A stretch of DNA of 64,000 nucleotides from an uncultured delta proteobacterium. Its GTDB lineage: Bacteria > Desulfobacterota > Binatia > Binatales > Binataceae. Shown here in pieces: positions 27,882 to 38,103 of the stretch (positions are counted from its first letter, which is position 1; every line of letters starts with the position of its first letter). The stretch lies in the NCBI GenBank assembly GCA_963808235.1, contig CAWEEQ010000004.1, positions 288,001-352,000 of the forward strand, given 5' to 3'. Under the pieces are notes generated by a model, which saw nothing but the letters and a program-made list of their open reading frames with translations, ran no database searches and was not told the origin of the DNA. The position numbers and the translations under genes are program-made.

Positions 27882-28658
27882 TCAATCCTTCGCGAGTACG
27901 ACCCAGGTGGGCGCATGATCGCTCGCCTTTTCCCATCCCCGGACGTCGCGGTCGACGCCGGCGCTCACCAGACGTCTGGCGGCGGAAGGATTGAGCAGCA
28001 AATGATCGATGCGCAATCCGGCATCTCGCGCAAAGTTGTTTCTGAAGTAATCCCAGAACGTGTAGATCCGCTCGTCCGGATGAAGTTTGCGGAGCGCATC
28101 GGTCCAGCCGGGCGCGACCAGACGCGCGAACGCATCGCGCGTTTCCGGCCGGAACAGGGCGTCTTTGACCCAGCGTTCCGGTTTGTACACATCAAGCTCA
28201 GTCGGGATGACGTTATAGTCGCCGGCGAGGACGACTGGGGTGTTGGCGGCGAGGAGACTTTCGGAATGTTGGATCAGGCGCTCAAGCCACCGGAGTTTGT
28301 AGTCGAACTTGGGACCAGGCGCCGGGTTTCCGTTAGGAAGATAAAGGCATCCGACCAATACGCCGTCGACCAGCCCCTCGAGGTAGCGGCTGTGGATGTC
28401 ATCCGGATCGCCCGGCAATGCTCGACGATGCTCGACGGGATCCATGCCCCGCGCGAGAATGGCGACGCCGTTCCAGCTTTTCTGGCCATGCCAGATGACG
28501 CCATAGCCAGCCGCGCGTATTTCAGCTTCGGGAAAGTTCTCCTGCGGCGCTTTCAGTTCCTGAAGACACGCGACATCGGGCTGGTACTCGGCAAGCCAGC
28601 GGATGAGCGCGGGCAGCCGGGCACCGATACCGTTGACGTTGTAGGTTGCGATCTTCAC
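27882..28658 (-). CDS. xth: Exodeoxyribonuclease III
   Basis: MKIATYNVNG, LQELK, YLPNG, GDYN, GLRIDH, SDHAP. Confidence 0.96.
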   Translation of the reverse strand: MKIATYNVNGIGARLPALIRWLAEYQPDVACLQELKAPQENFPEAEIRAAGYGVIWHGQKSWNGVAILARGMDPVEHRRALPGDPDDIHSRYLEGLVDGVLVGCLYLPNGNPAPGPKFDYKLRWLERLIQHSESLLAANTPVVLAGDYNVIPTELDVYKPERWVKDALFRPETRDAFARLVAPGWTDALRKLHPDERIYTFWDYFRNNFARDAGLRIDHLLLNPSAARRLVSAGVDRDVRGWEKASDHAPTWVVLAKD

Positions 28659-28782
28659 AAACTCAGGATTCGGCGCGCTCCTCTTTCAGCATAGATGCAA
28701 CCGCTTCGTCGACGCGGGTGCCCCTGAAGAAATCTGTAGTCACATCGATCTTGGCGCGCAACGGATAGAGACGCTCGCTGGG

Positions 28783-29190
28783 TCAGCGCTCCGAGACACA
28801 GATCAGAAGTTGACCCTCGAGGCCGGCAGCTCGATGCACTCCGATCTCCGCGACCTCGGGCGAGGTTGCGATCTTCACGAACGCCGCCGCCGAGGGATAT
28901 CGAACCAGCGCCGCGATGTCCCAGGGGCTCTCCACTTCGCCGATCGCGAGATGCTTGACGTCGCCGGCAAAGAGAAATTTCCCACCCTCGCGCTCCACCA
29001 CCTTGCGCATCGCATCGGCATAGATTCCATAAGCTTGCGCTCCGCTGAGATCGGCCTTGCGCCCATCCGGATACTGCGCCCGGGCGCGAAATCTGAGCAG
29101 GTTGAGCATCACGATCGGCTTGGGCGAGGGATCGTTTCGGAGCGCCTCGATCTGTTCGCTCACTGGATACAATGCGTTTTCAACTTTCAT
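28783..29190 (-). CDS. DUF1330 family protein
   Basis: PIVMLNLLRFR, SGAQAY, VRYPS, HRAAGL pattern. Confidence 0.75.
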   Translation of the reverse strand: MKVENALYPVSEQIEALRNDPSPKPIVMLNLLRFRARAQYPDGRKADLSGAQAYGIYADAMRKVVEREGGKFLFAGDVKHLAIGEVESPWDIAALVRYPSAAAFVKIATSPEVAEIGVHRAAGLEGQLLICVSER

Positions 29191-29211
29191 CTTTCGATAT
29201 CCTCCTACGCA

Positions 29212-30873
29212 TCAGTTCGACCAGAACACGTAATCGTCGTTGTCGCTCTCCGGGTAAGACAGCGGATGGTCGATAGCGATCGGGCCTTCGAGCAACGACG
29301 GCCATAGCGGCTTGGCCTGCTGACCGTCGATCTGATCGAGCACTTCGATCAGCTCCTTCACTTTCTGCGGATTGGCTTCCGCCAGATCGTGATGCTCGGT
29401 GGGATCGTCCTTAAGATTGAACAGCCATTTCTTGTTCGGCTTGTCGGCGACCTGCAGCTTCCATTCGCCGTCGAGGATCGTCTTGTACGGACCCGAGCGC
29501 CAGAAAAGCGTGCGATGAGGCGTGCCGGCCGCGCCACCTTCGACATAAGGCAGCACGTTCACGCTATCCATCACGCGATCGGACGGCACCGTCGCGCCGG
29601 CCGCTCCCGCCGCGGTTGAAAACATGTCGACGTGAGCGACGGGAAGGGCGAAAGTCGTTCCCGCGCGGATTTTTGCCGGCCATTTCATGAAGAAGGGAAC
29701 GTGAATTCCGCCTTCGAAAAAGGTCGCCTTCCATCCCCGATACGGACGATTGATATCCGGCAGCCCGATGTAGTTCGCGCCGCCGTTATCGCTCGTGAAG
29801 AACACCAGCGTGTTGTTCTCGAGCCCATCCTTTCGAAGCGCCTCGAGCACGTGACTAACGTTGCGATCGAGCGCGCGGACCATCGCGCCATATACTCGCA
29901 GCCTGTGATCCTTGATCTGCGGCAGCGCGTCGTAGTCCGATTTGAGCGCCTGCAGCGGTGTGTGCGGTGCATTGAACGCCAGGTACATGAAGAACGGACG
30001 GTTGCGGTTCGCATCGATCGCCTTCACCGCCTCGTCGCCCAGGTAGTCAGTCATGTATTCCGTGGGATAGAACCGCCGGCTTCCGTTCCTGACCACCGCA
30101 AATGACAGATTCGCCCATAGAAATTTGTCGATCGGATCGAAGTCCTGGTACGAGTTTTCCGCGCGCGGATCGTTCTTGCGCAGATACATCGACGCGCCCG
30201 CCATAAAGCCCAGCGACTCATCGAAGCCGCGCGCATTCGGCGCCGCCTGCGGCGTTTCGCCCAGATGCCACTTGCCGAGAAAGATTGTGTGATAGCCGCG
30301 CGTCTTCAATAACTGCGCCATCGTGATTTCGCTGCTCGGGACCGCCTGCTCGGCAACCGGCGGCACCTGGCTCACGCGTTCGGAATGAAAGATGGCTTTG
30401 TGGCGGCCCTGATAGTAGGTCGAGACTAATTTCATGAACGCGACTGGGGCCGGGGTGAACTCGAAACCAAAGCGCGTCGCGTAGCGCCCGGTCATGATCG
30501 CCGCGCGCGACGGCGCGCAGGTCGCGTTGCCGGCATAGCCGTTGCTGAAAACCACGCCCTCTTGCGCGATCGAATTTATATTCGGCGTGGGTACCGCGCC
30601 TCCCGCTACGCCTCCGCCGTTAAGCGTGATGTCGTTGTAGCCCAGGTCGTCGGCAAGGATCAGTACGATGTTGGGCGGACGCTGCTCGGCGGGCGCCGCC
30701 GGATTCGCCGGGCCCTCCTGCCACTCGACGGCGCGGTTGGGCTGGATCGGATCGCGGATGCTCTGCAAAAGGCCGGGGAGGTAGTACCAGTATTTCGCGA
30801 ACAGAAAGAGGCCGATCGCGAGCACCGCGACCGTCGAGCCGATCACAATTTTGCCGGTTCTGCCGATCTTCAT
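29212..30873 (-). CDS. Formylglycine-dependent (Cys-type) sulfatase
   Basis: ILADDLG, CAPSRAAIMTG signature, GKWHLG, APHTP, SDNG, N-terminal TM anchor. Confidence 0.94.
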   Translation of the reverse strand: MKIGRTGKIVIGSTVAVLAIGLFLFAKYWYYLPGLLQSIRDPIQPNRAVEWQEGPANPAAPAEQRPPNIVLILADDLGYNDITLNGGGVAGGAVPTPNINSIAQEGVVFSNGYAGNATCAPSRAAIMTGRYATRFGFEFTPAPVAFMKLVSTYYQGRHKAIFHSERVSQVPPVAEQAVPSSEITMAQLLKTRGYHTIFLGKWHLGETPQAAPNARGFDESLGFMAGASMYLRKNDPRAENSYQDFDPIDKFLWANLSFAVVRNGSRRFYPTEYMTDYLGDEAVKAIDANRNRPFFMYLAFNAPHTPLQALKSDYDALPQIKDHRLRVYGAMVRALDRNVSHVLEALRKDGLENNTLVFFTSDNGGANYIGLPDINRPYRGWKATFFEGGIHVPFFMKWPAKIRAGTTFALPVAHVDMFSTAAGAAGATVPSDRVMDSVNVLPYVEGGAAGTPHRTLFWRSGPYKTILDGEWKLQVADKPNKKWLFNLKDDPTEHHDLAEANPQKVKELIEVLDQIDGQQAKPLWPSLLEGPIAIDHPLSYPESDNDDYVFWSN

Positions 30874-30927
30874 CGAACTCCTTCCGCGATCCCGCCTGGT
30901 TGCAGACTTTCCAAACGACGGAGAATA

Positions 30928-30944
30928 TGGCAACTATAGTGTCA
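30928..30944. promoter_or_regulatory. Putative TetR operator between the divergent sulfatase and TetR genes
   Basis: Imperfect palindrome TGGCA-actatag-TGTCA in the 105-bp divergent intergenic region. Confidence 0.5.
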
Positions 30945-30978
30945 ATTGATTGCCGGAAGCAATCGATGCCCGATTCTC

Positions 30979-31572
30979 ATGCCAATCAATCTCTCCACTC
31001 ACCAGCAACTCGACGGCCGCCGTCAGCGCAGCGAAACCAGCCGCAAGCGGATCGTGCGTGCGATGCTCGAATTGATCGGCGCGGGCAATGTCTCCCCGGG
31101 CGCGGAAAACGTAGCCGCGCGTGCGGGATTGGGACTGCGCACCGTCTTCCGCCACTTCGAGAACATGGAGACGCTCTACTATCAAATCAACGCCGCGATG
31201 ACCGCCGAACTTCGGCCCGTAATGGCGCAGCCGTTCACGAGCCCGGACTGGCGCGGACAGCTCGGCGAGATGGTCGAGCGCCGCGTCCGCATCTTCGAAC
31301 GAATCATGCCCTTCAAAATCGCCGCCGAGGTCCATCGCCATCAGTCGCCGTTTCTGGCCCGCAAGGCGCAAGAGTTGACGCGCGAACAGCGTGCGGCGCT
31401 GGTCCGCGCTGTTCCGGCCGACATTCGATCGGACGATGCCTTCTTCGAAGCTCTCGACTTGCTGCTGAGCTTCGAAACCTGGCGGCGGCTCAGAAAAGAT
31501 CAGAAATTATCCGCGGCCCGCGCGCGCCAAACACTCGATTTCTTGCTCGATATGCTGATCAGGGACCGGTAG
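30979..31572 (+). CDS. TetR/AcrR family transcriptional regulator
   Basis: DGRRQRSETSR...VAARAGLGLRTVFRHF helix-turn-helix. Confidence 0.92.
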   Translation: MPINLSTHQQLDGRRQRSETSRKRIVRAMLELIGAGNVSPGAENVAARAGLGLRTVFRHFENMETLYYQINAAMTAELRPVMAQPFTSPDWRGQLGEMVERRVRIFERIMPFKIAAEVHRHQSPFLARKAQELTREQRAALVRAVPADIRSDDAFFEALDLLLSFETWRRLRKDQKLSAARARQTLDFLLDMLIRDR

Positions 31573-31590
31573 GGGAGGGGGCTGATCCGG

Positions 31591-32703
31591 ATGTCACGAC
31601 TTTTCCGAAGACTCATTCTCGCTGCTGTCGCCGTTGCGGCGCTGGCCACCACTGCCTGGTGGCTGATCCATATGCCCGCGGTGCAGGATGCGCTGCTCCG
31701 TCGCGCGATCGAGCACAACTTCGATGCGGCTCGCAACGACCTGCTCGCGCCCGATTCGATGCGCGTGCTCTTGTGCGGCACCGGGAATCCGCTGCCCGAT
31801 CGCAATCGCGCCAATGCGTGCACGGCAATCTTCGCGGGCGGCAACTTCTACCTGGTGGACACTGGGCCCGGCGCGTGGAAGAACCTCTCGCTGTGGCACA
31901 TTCCCCCAGCGCGCCTCGCCGCCGTGATGCTCACGCATTTTCATTCCGATCACATCGGCGATCTCGGCGAAGTTAACATGCAGACGTGGGGACAGGGACG
32001 CGGTCATCCGCTGCTCGTATACGGGCCCGTTGGCGTCGAGCAGGTGGTAGGCGGATTCGCGCAGGCTTACGGACTCGATGAAGGTTACCGCGTCGCGCAT
32101 CATGGCGCCGCGCTACTGCCGCCCGCCGAGTGGGAGATGGTGCCGCGCACGGTGAAGATCGATACTCCACCCGGCCAGTCACCGTGTGTCCCGGGCGGTT
32201 CCGCGACCGTACTCGAAGAGAATGGACTCAAGATCACCGCGTTCACCGTCAATCATGCGCCGGTCGCGCCCGCCTATGGTTATCGATTTGACTACAAGGG
32301 ACGCTCGGTCGTGATCAGCGGCGATACTGTGAAGTGCGCCAATCTCGTCACGCAGGCCACTGGAGCCGACGTGCTGATTCATGAAGCGCAGTCGCCGAAT
32401 CTCGTGAAGCTCATCCAGAGCGTGGCGGAGAGCAGAGGTAATGCGCGCATTGCCAAAATCATGTCCGACATCCGCCGCTACCACACGACGCCCGTCGAGG
32501 CCGCATCCGAGGCAAACCAGGCCGGGGTTGCGATGCTCGTGTTGAGCCACCTCGGTCCGCCGACGCCCAATCTGCTCGCACGGATCGCGTTCATGCGCGG
32601 CGTCGCGGAAGTCAGGCCGCGCGGTATCGTGATCGGCTACGACGGACTGCTGCTGACATTGCCCGCGGATTCGAAAACTATCGAGACCTCGTCGGTCCAG
32701 TAG
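31591..32703 (+). CDS. MBL-fold metallo-hydrolase (RNase Z/AtsA arylsulfatase-like)
   Basis: LCGTGNP, THFHSDH, VISGDT, LIHEA, YHTT, LSHL; N-terminal anchor. Confidence 0.88.
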   Translation: MSRLFRRLILAAVAVAALATTAWWLIHMPAVQDALLRRAIEHNFDAARNDLLAPDSMRVLLCGTGNPLPDRNRANACTAIFAGGNFYLVDTGPGAWKNLSLWHIPPARLAAVMLTHFHSDHIGDLGEVNMQTWGQGRGHPLLVYGPVGVEQVVGGFAQAYGLDEGYRVAHHGAALLPPAEWEMVPRTVKIDTPPGQSPCVPGGSATVLEENGLKITAFTVNHAPVAPAYGYRFDYKGRSVVISGDTVKCANLVTQATGADVLIHEAQSPNLVKLIQSVAESRGNARIAKIMSDIRRYHTTPVEAASEANQAGVAMLVLSHLGPPTPNLLARIAFMRGVAEVRPRGIVIGYDGLLLTLPADSKTIETSSVQ

Positions 32704-32743
32704 ACTCTTCAACTGGCGCAAAGATCGGGGACGCAAAATTTGT

Positions 32744-33394
32744 ATGACACTCGAATATGATCTGTTCTGGTCGTTCCGCTCGCCGTATTCCTATCTCGTT
32801 ACACCGCGACTGATTGAGTTCGAGCGGGAGTACGATGTGAAAGCCAATGTCCGGCCGGTCTATCCTATCGCGGTTCGGATTCCCGGTTTCTTCAAGCAGG
32901 TGAATCCGATGTGGCCGCCCTATCTGTTTCGCGATTGCTCGCGCATCGCGGAGATGCTGGGCATGCCGTTCGCCTGGCCCAGCCCCGATCCGATTGTCAT
33001 GAACATGAGCACCGGCGCAGTGGCGACCGAGCAGCCGTACATCCACCGACTGACAAGGTTAGGCATCGCGGCAGTCGCGGCCGGAATGGGACTGCCGTTC
33101 CTCGCGGCGGTCAGCGCCATCATTTTCGGCGGGGTGAGAGACTGGCATCTTGGCGACCATCTCGCCGGTGCGGCGCGACGCGCGGGACTGGATCTCGCCA
33201 AACTCGATTCGGAAATTGAGCGCGACCCGAGCCATTATGAAGCCGCGATCGCCGAAAATGAGTCGGCGCAAAAGAGCGCCGGACATTGGGGCGTCCCCCT
33301 GATGGTCTTCAACGGCGAGCCGTTCTTTGGTCAGGACCGCTTCGATCTGATGCGATGGCGCATGCAACGAAACGGACTCACCCGCCGCCGCTAA
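32744..33394 (+). CDS. 2-hydroxychromene-2-carboxylate isomerase / kappa-GST (DsbA-like) family
   Basis: FWSFRSPYSYL, GVPLMVFNGEPFFGQDR. Confidence 0.88.
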   Translation: MTLEYDLFWSFRSPYSYLVTPRLIEFEREYDVKANVRPVYPIAVRIPGFFKQVNPMWPPYLFRDCSRIAEMLGMPFAWPSPDPIVMNMSTGAVATEQPYIHRLTRLGIAAVAAGMGLPFLAAVSAIIFGGVRDWHLGDHLAGAARRAGLDLAKLDSEIERDPSHYEAAIAENESAQKSAGHWGVPLMVFNGEPFFGQDRFDLMRWRMQRNGLTRRR

Positions 33395-34382
33395 GCCCGG
33401 CCAGACAGCCCGCACGATCGAGGACTGCGTCAATCGCTTTCCGGTCGGGAATTGCGCGGTATTTTTCGCGCATCGCGGCAAGAGATTTGACGTGGTACTT
33501 CTGCGGCTTCTGAGTCCACGTACGGCCGCCCAGCTCGACGCTGAATTCCTCGCGCCCCGCGCCGATTGCCGCCGCGTTCGCTACCGTCCACGGCATGAAG
33601 AGCCGGCCGACCTGGCGTTCCAGCAGCGGCATCAGGGTCGGTTCCAGGGTCGCCCACGTTTCGAACTCACCTTCCGCGCGCGGCCACGTCATGCGATGAA
33701 TCCACGCGAGAACATTCGGTGTGCGAGCCTCAATGATCGCGCCCGGCGTCGGATCGGTCCACGCGTTGTAGATTTGACCCCACATGCCGAAGTCTGCGAA
33801 GGCCGGCCGCGCGCCGAAAAGATAGGGCCGGCTCGCCAGATGCGTCTCGAGGATCGCAATCGTGTCGCAGAATGATTCTTCAATCTGCGCCGCAGTCGAT
33901 GCGTTCGAGCCAACGAACCATACCCGCCCGACCATCCTTTCACGCACCATCGCAATCGCGCCGGAAAGCTGCTTCTCGTCCGCCGCCGGCATCATCATGC
34001 GCGCGAGTCGTCCCGCCGAGCTCAACTGATCGACGTCTCGTGCCCACCGGTAGTGGAACATCCACTTGTTGCCCCACTCGTCGCCAAATTCCTCCAGCAG
34101 CACCGAAACGAAAGCCGCAACCTGATCCGACGGATGGATCGTCGGTTGCGGATACTCAGACTCGAGGCGATCGATTATCGGAGTCGAGTCCTGGATTCCT
34201 TCGTCCTTCGGCGTAACGACCAGCGGCACGATCGGAAGCCGGGCGTATTTCTGATATTCGGCCTGGCTGTCACCGTTGCGGATTATCCACTTGTGCGGGA
34301 TTCCCTTGTATCGGAAGTAAGAGCGAATCTTCACCGAATACGGAGACAGTTCGACGCCAAATATGCGGTAGTCTTGAGCCAT
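33378..34382 (-). CDS. Glutathione S-transferase family protein
   Basis: LSPYSVKIRSYFRYKGIP, VP, QDSTPII, EEFGDEW, ADF. Confidence 0.88.
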   Translation of the reverse strand: MAQDYRIFGVELSPYSVKIRSYFRYKGIPHKWIIRNGDSQAEYQKYARLPIVPLVVTPKDEGIQDSTPIIDRLESEYPQPTIHPSDQVAAFVSVLLEEFGDEWGNKWMFHYRWARDVDQLSSAGRLARMMMPAADEKQLSGAIAMVRERMVGRVWFVGSNASTAAQIEESFCDTIAILETHLASRPYLFGARPAFADFGMWGQIYNAWTDPTPGAIIEARTPNVLAWIHRMTWPRAEGEFETWATLEPTLMPLLERQVGRLFMPWTVANAAAIGAGREEFSVELGGRTWTQKPQKYHVKSLAAMREKYRAIPDRKAIDAVLDRAGCLAGLSGGG

Positions 34383-34484
34383 TGGATTATTCCCGGCCGG
34401 CTCCCGGCGGGCGAGGCGGCAGCGCTAAGCTCGCACATCGCCGCCCGGTGTTCCAACCGCTCGCGAAAAAAGTCTGGGGTCAAG

Positions 34485-34940
34485 TCAGGGTCGGCCAATC
34501 CGGGTAGGTCGCCGTTTGGGAGCGGTGCCGATCGACGCCACACGAGCCCGGGCCCTCGGCGAAGTTCCAGACCGGGCCTTTTTCGGCGCCGACATCTGAT
34601 ATCCATCCTTCAGGATCGCCGCCAACTCGTCCCATTCGACTTTGTAATCGATTCGCACGCCGACCCATCCCTGTTTGCCCATGTACGGCGGCACGAAAAA
34701 GCGCTTCGGGTCCGAGTTCACCAGGATTTCCTGAACCATCGCGGGCGCCTTGACCCAGACCGCGACGTGGCCGCTCTTGTGATGGTCGTTGTCGGTCATC
34801 GCGAACATGCTTCCGCCCGTGACCCGGAACGTGCACTCGCCCCACGCTTCCTTCTCGAAGACCTCGGGCAGCTTAAGACAGATCTGGCGCAACCTCTTTA
34901 TCGCGAGATTCGAGTCATCATACATGCGCGGATGTGCCAT
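34485..34940 (-). CDS. MmcQ/YjbR family protein
   Basis: LRQICLKLPE, WGECTFRV, FFVPPYMGKQGWVG. Confidence 0.85.
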   Translation of the reverse strand: MAHPRMYDDSNLAIKRLRQICLKLPEVFEKEAWGECTFRVTGGSMFAMTDNDHHKSGHVAVWVKAPAMVQEILVNSDPKRFFVPPYMGKQGWVGVRIDYKVEWDELAAILKDGYQMSAPKKARSGTSPRARARVASIGTAPKRRPTRIGRP

Positions 34941-34952
34941 AGGAAAATTTGC

Positions 34953-35339
34953 TCACTTCTTGTTGGTCGCAATCCACCACGTGTTGCCCGATCCATCCTT
35001 CACCCCTCCAACGCGATCGCCCCAGGTCATATCCGCAGGCTCTCTGATCGCAGTCGCGCCCAGCTTAAGCGCGCGCTTGTAGGTCGCATCCACATCGGGA
35101 ACATAGATATAGACCGCGGCCGCCATCGAGGGATCGGAAAAATAGCCGTTGCCGAAGAGCACATGAGCGCCGCCGATTTTGGCTTCTGCGTGGAATTGCC
35201 CCTTGGCGTCGGGCGTCGGCGCGTGTACCACCTCGGCGCCGAAAGCATTTTTGAGAAACTCCGCAAGTTCGGGCTTCGCATACAGATAGGGCGTGATTGT
35301 CGTGTAACCGGGCTGAATATGTTTGTTCGCGGCGCTCAT
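34953..35339 (-). CDS. VOC/glyoxalase (PhnB-like) protein
   Basis: ITPYL, HAEAKIG, YVPDVDA, WGDR..VKD..GNTWWIA. Confidence 0.88.
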   Translation of the reverse strand: MSAANKHIQPGYTTITPYLYAKPELAEFLKNAFGAEVVHAPTPDAKGQFHAEAKIGGAHVLFGNGYFSDPSMAAAVYIYVPDVDATYKRALKLGATAIREPADMTWGDRVGGVKDGSGNTWWIATNKK

Positions 35340-35625
35340 GGACTCTCCTCCTTGCCGATCGAGTGGACGATGTTACGCCGGCATCGTGACTCTTAGAAAC
35401 TCCGCGTACACGCGTAAATCAATCAAGTCCGACTGTTCCTAGGAATCGCTTTAATCCGCCCTGATTTTTTTGAGAGATTATTCATAACTTAAATATACTT
35501 CTCTAGACTCAATCTGCTTTTCCGTTAAAATGTCAAAGATAGGGGAATCACCCAGCAAGATACGACTTTCGCTTAGTCTACGCATGCTAATGAAGGCATT
35601 AATTACACCTCAGGAGGAACCTACC

Positions 35626-36741
35626 TTGGAGCATCATCGATTCAACCTTCACGAGCGCAATGCTCTCCGAACAGTTCGTATTAGCTGCCTGATGACGGTT
35701 CTGCTTGGTTCATTCATAGCCGCGAGAACCGCCGAGGCCCAAAGTGCCGTCTACATCGCCAACGCAAATTCGACGACAGTGGCCGAGTACCAGGGGGGTA
35801 GCATCACCAGCGGACACACCAAGCCCCATCGATTGCTCAACGATTCAAATGATATCGACGGCCCCTCGACAGTCGCATTTCAGGGCGGAAACCTGTGGGT
35901 GACAAACTTCAACGTCAACACCATCAACGAGTTCTCGCAGGCAACGGTCCAATCGTTGAAACAGGTGCACGATCCAAGCGCTGCGGTGATCATCTCCGAT
36001 GACGGCAGCGGCGTGCTGAACGGCCCGGAGGGAATTGTTTTCGACTCATCCGGAAACATGTGGATAGGTGCGGAGGATGGAGGACGGGTCCTTCAGTACA
36101 TGCCCGGACAGTACGCCACCAGCGGCAATCCCACCCCCAACATAATCCTCAATGGTGCCTCCTTCGATTTCGACCGGCCCTCGCACCTGGCGTTCGATTC
36201 GGCCGCCAATTTGTGGGTGGTCAACGAGATCCTACCCAACGGCCAGGGCGGCACCGGTGAGATCTTCAGATACAACAAGTCCCAGATCGCCGGCCTGTCA
36301 CCGGGAAATCAAAACGTAGATCCAGCTTTTGGAATCGCCCTGCCCGACTTTCAGGAGCTTGAGACAATTGCATTCGACGGCAGCGGTAATCTCTGGGTAG
36401 CCGACCAGAATGCCAACAACGTTTTCCAGTTCCCCGCAAGCGAGCTGAACGAGACAGGGCTTTCGCAAAATCTCACACCGTCGGTCGTGTTGAGCGCGCA
36501 CAATATGCCCGGCGCGTGTAACACGAGCCTGGCCGGTCCCTACGGCCTGGCAGTCTCTAACGGCAGCCTGTTCGTGACCAACTCAAGTATCATCGGCGGT
36601 TGTAAGGGCAGCCTGGCGGTTTTTCCGGCCAATAAAATTGCATCGACCGGCAACCCCAAGCCGAAAGTATTCATCACCTCAAATGGGAGAGGCACCAATA
36701 TCAATTCTCCAAACGCGGTGACGGTCGGGCCACCTCTGTGA
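35626..36741 (+). CDS. Secreted NHL-repeat / beta-propeller protein
   Basis: AGGAGG before TTG 35626, signal peptide, repeats of P-x-x-[IL]-x-FD-x-x-GNLWV. Confidence 0.75.
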   Translation: MEHHRFNLHERNALRTVRISCLMTVLLGSFIAARTAEAQSAVYIANANSTTVAEYQGGSITSGHTKPHRLLNDSNDIDGPSTVAFQGGNLWVTNFNVNTINEFSQATVQSLKQVHDPSAAVIISDDGSGVLNGPEGIVFDSSGNMWIGAEDGGRVLQYMPGQYATSGNPTPNIILNGASFDFDRPSHLAFDSAANLWVVNEILPNGQGGTGEIFRYNKSQIAGLSPGNQNVDPAFGIALPDFQELETIAFDGSGNLWVADQNANNVFQFPASELNETGLSQNLTPSVVLSAHNMPGACNTSLAGPYGLAVSNGSLFVTNSSIIGGCKGSLAVFPANKIASTGNPKPKVFITSNGRGTNINSPNAVTVGPPL

Positions 36742-36754
36742 CCTCCGGTGCGCG

Positions 36755-37951
36755 CTAGCGCACTGCGAGTGGCAGGGCGCTCAAGCCTCTGAGAGCCATC
36801 GAGCCGCGATATTGGAGCTTGCGTTCAGGATCGGCCAGTCGGAGCCGCGGGAACTTGTTGAGCATCGACTCGATCGCGATTGCGCCCTCCAGGCGTGCTA
36901 GCGGTGCGCCGAGGCAGAAGTGGATTCCCTCGCCGAACGATACGTGCTCGTTGGGCTCGCGTGCCGCGTCGAATACCTCCGGGCGCGGGAATTGGGCGGG
37001 ATCGCGATTGGCGGCCGCGAGCAGGATGAAAGCGAGGCTGCCGGCGGGAATCTCGGTCCCTCCGACGTTGGTCGTCACAGTCGGTATCCGCACCGTCATC
37101 TGCACCGGAGGATCGTAGCGCAGCATCTCTTCGATCGCGCTGGGAACAAGCTCGCGGTTCTTGCGCAGGCGATCTTCCTGGTCGGGATTGCGGCAGAGCG
37201 CAAGCAGCCCGTTGCCGATAAGATTAGTGGTTGTTTCGTTTCCGGCCAGCAAAAGCAAAACCACGAATGCGAGCAGTTCATTCTCGCTGAGCGCGTCCGA
37301 TTCGTCGCGAGCGGTAATAAGCGCGCTTACCAGATCGTCGGCAGGATTTGCGGCGCGTCGCTTGATTGCTTCGGCCAGGTAAGCGCGCAGCTCATCCTTC
37401 GCCGCGAGTCCCGCCGGCGACGGCCCGGTCGCCATATCCTGGCCGAACGAGCTGATCAGATCGTTCGACCATTGCTTGAACTGGGCATGGTCGGCGGCCG
37501 AGACGCCCAGCATCTCCGCGATCACGATCACTGGCAACGGATTGGCCAGCGCGGCCATCACTTCGATTTCCGATGAATCCTTCGCGCGCGCCAGCAGGTC
37601 GTTGGTAATCTCCCGGATTCGCGGCTCGAGCTCGCGCACCCGCCGTGGCGTGAACGCCTTGCTCACCAGCTTCCGAAGCCGTGAATGCACCGGCGGATCG
37701 GCAGTAAGGATCGTTGGCGCACCGCCGAACGGATCGATTCGCTCGCGAAACGGGATCTCCGGCCGGCGAACGGTGAAGCGTTCGTGGTCGTGGAGCACGC
37801 TGACCACGTCGGCATAGCGCGCGACGATCGTGGTCGGCATGAACAGATTCAGCTGTCGCGGAGCGCCGTCGAGCAGCGCCGGAAAGTGCGGATATGGATT
37901 CGCGCGAAATTCCTGGTCGAACGGGTTGAAATAGAAATCTGACTGGGACAT
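36755..37951 (-). CDS. Cytochrome P450
   Basis: DPPVHSRLR, AGNETT, EMLR (ExxR), FGEGIHFCLG heme motif. Confidence 0.97.
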   Translation of the reverse strand: MSQSDFYFNPFDQEFRANPYPHFPALLDGAPRQLNLFMPTTIVARYADVVSVLHDHERFTVRRPEIPFRERIDPFGGAPTILTADPPVHSRLRKLVSKAFTPRRVRELEPRIREITNDLLARAKDSSEIEVMAALANPLPVIVIAEMLGVSAADHAQFKQWSNDLISSFGQDMATGPSPAGLAAKDELRAYLAEAIKRRAANPADDLVSALITARDESDALSENELLAFVVLLLLAGNETTTNLIGNGLLALCRNPDQEDRLRKNRELVPSAIEEMLRYDPPVQMTVRIPTVTTNVGGTEIPAGSLAFILLAAANRDPAQFPRPEVFDAAREPNEHVSFGEGIHFCLGAPLARLEGAIAIESMLNKFPRLRLADPERKLQYRGSMALRGLSALPLAVR

Positions 37952-38103
37952 TTCGCGAGTATATGCGCTTGGAGGGTTGGATCGTAGAACCTCTACCTTC
38001 TAAACCCGCCAACCCTCATGGCGGCAGATCGAAGTTCCGGTTCATCGACATCGATCGCTTAATTGTTGTAAACGGATTCCAGCACTAATCAGGAGTTTTA
38101 CGC

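Noticed and set aside
34053-35396. 447-aa plus-strand ORF, and similar long shadow ORFs (11148-12278, 30900-31976, 42370-43248, 49034-49984, 53953-54864, 61542-62582)
   Set aside because: They are antisense or off-frame to genes with clear motifs and have no motifs of their own; typical of high-GC DNA.
35626-36741. Internal repeats as a DNA repeat array
   Set aside because: They are degenerate protein-level beta-propeller blades, not nucleotide repeats.
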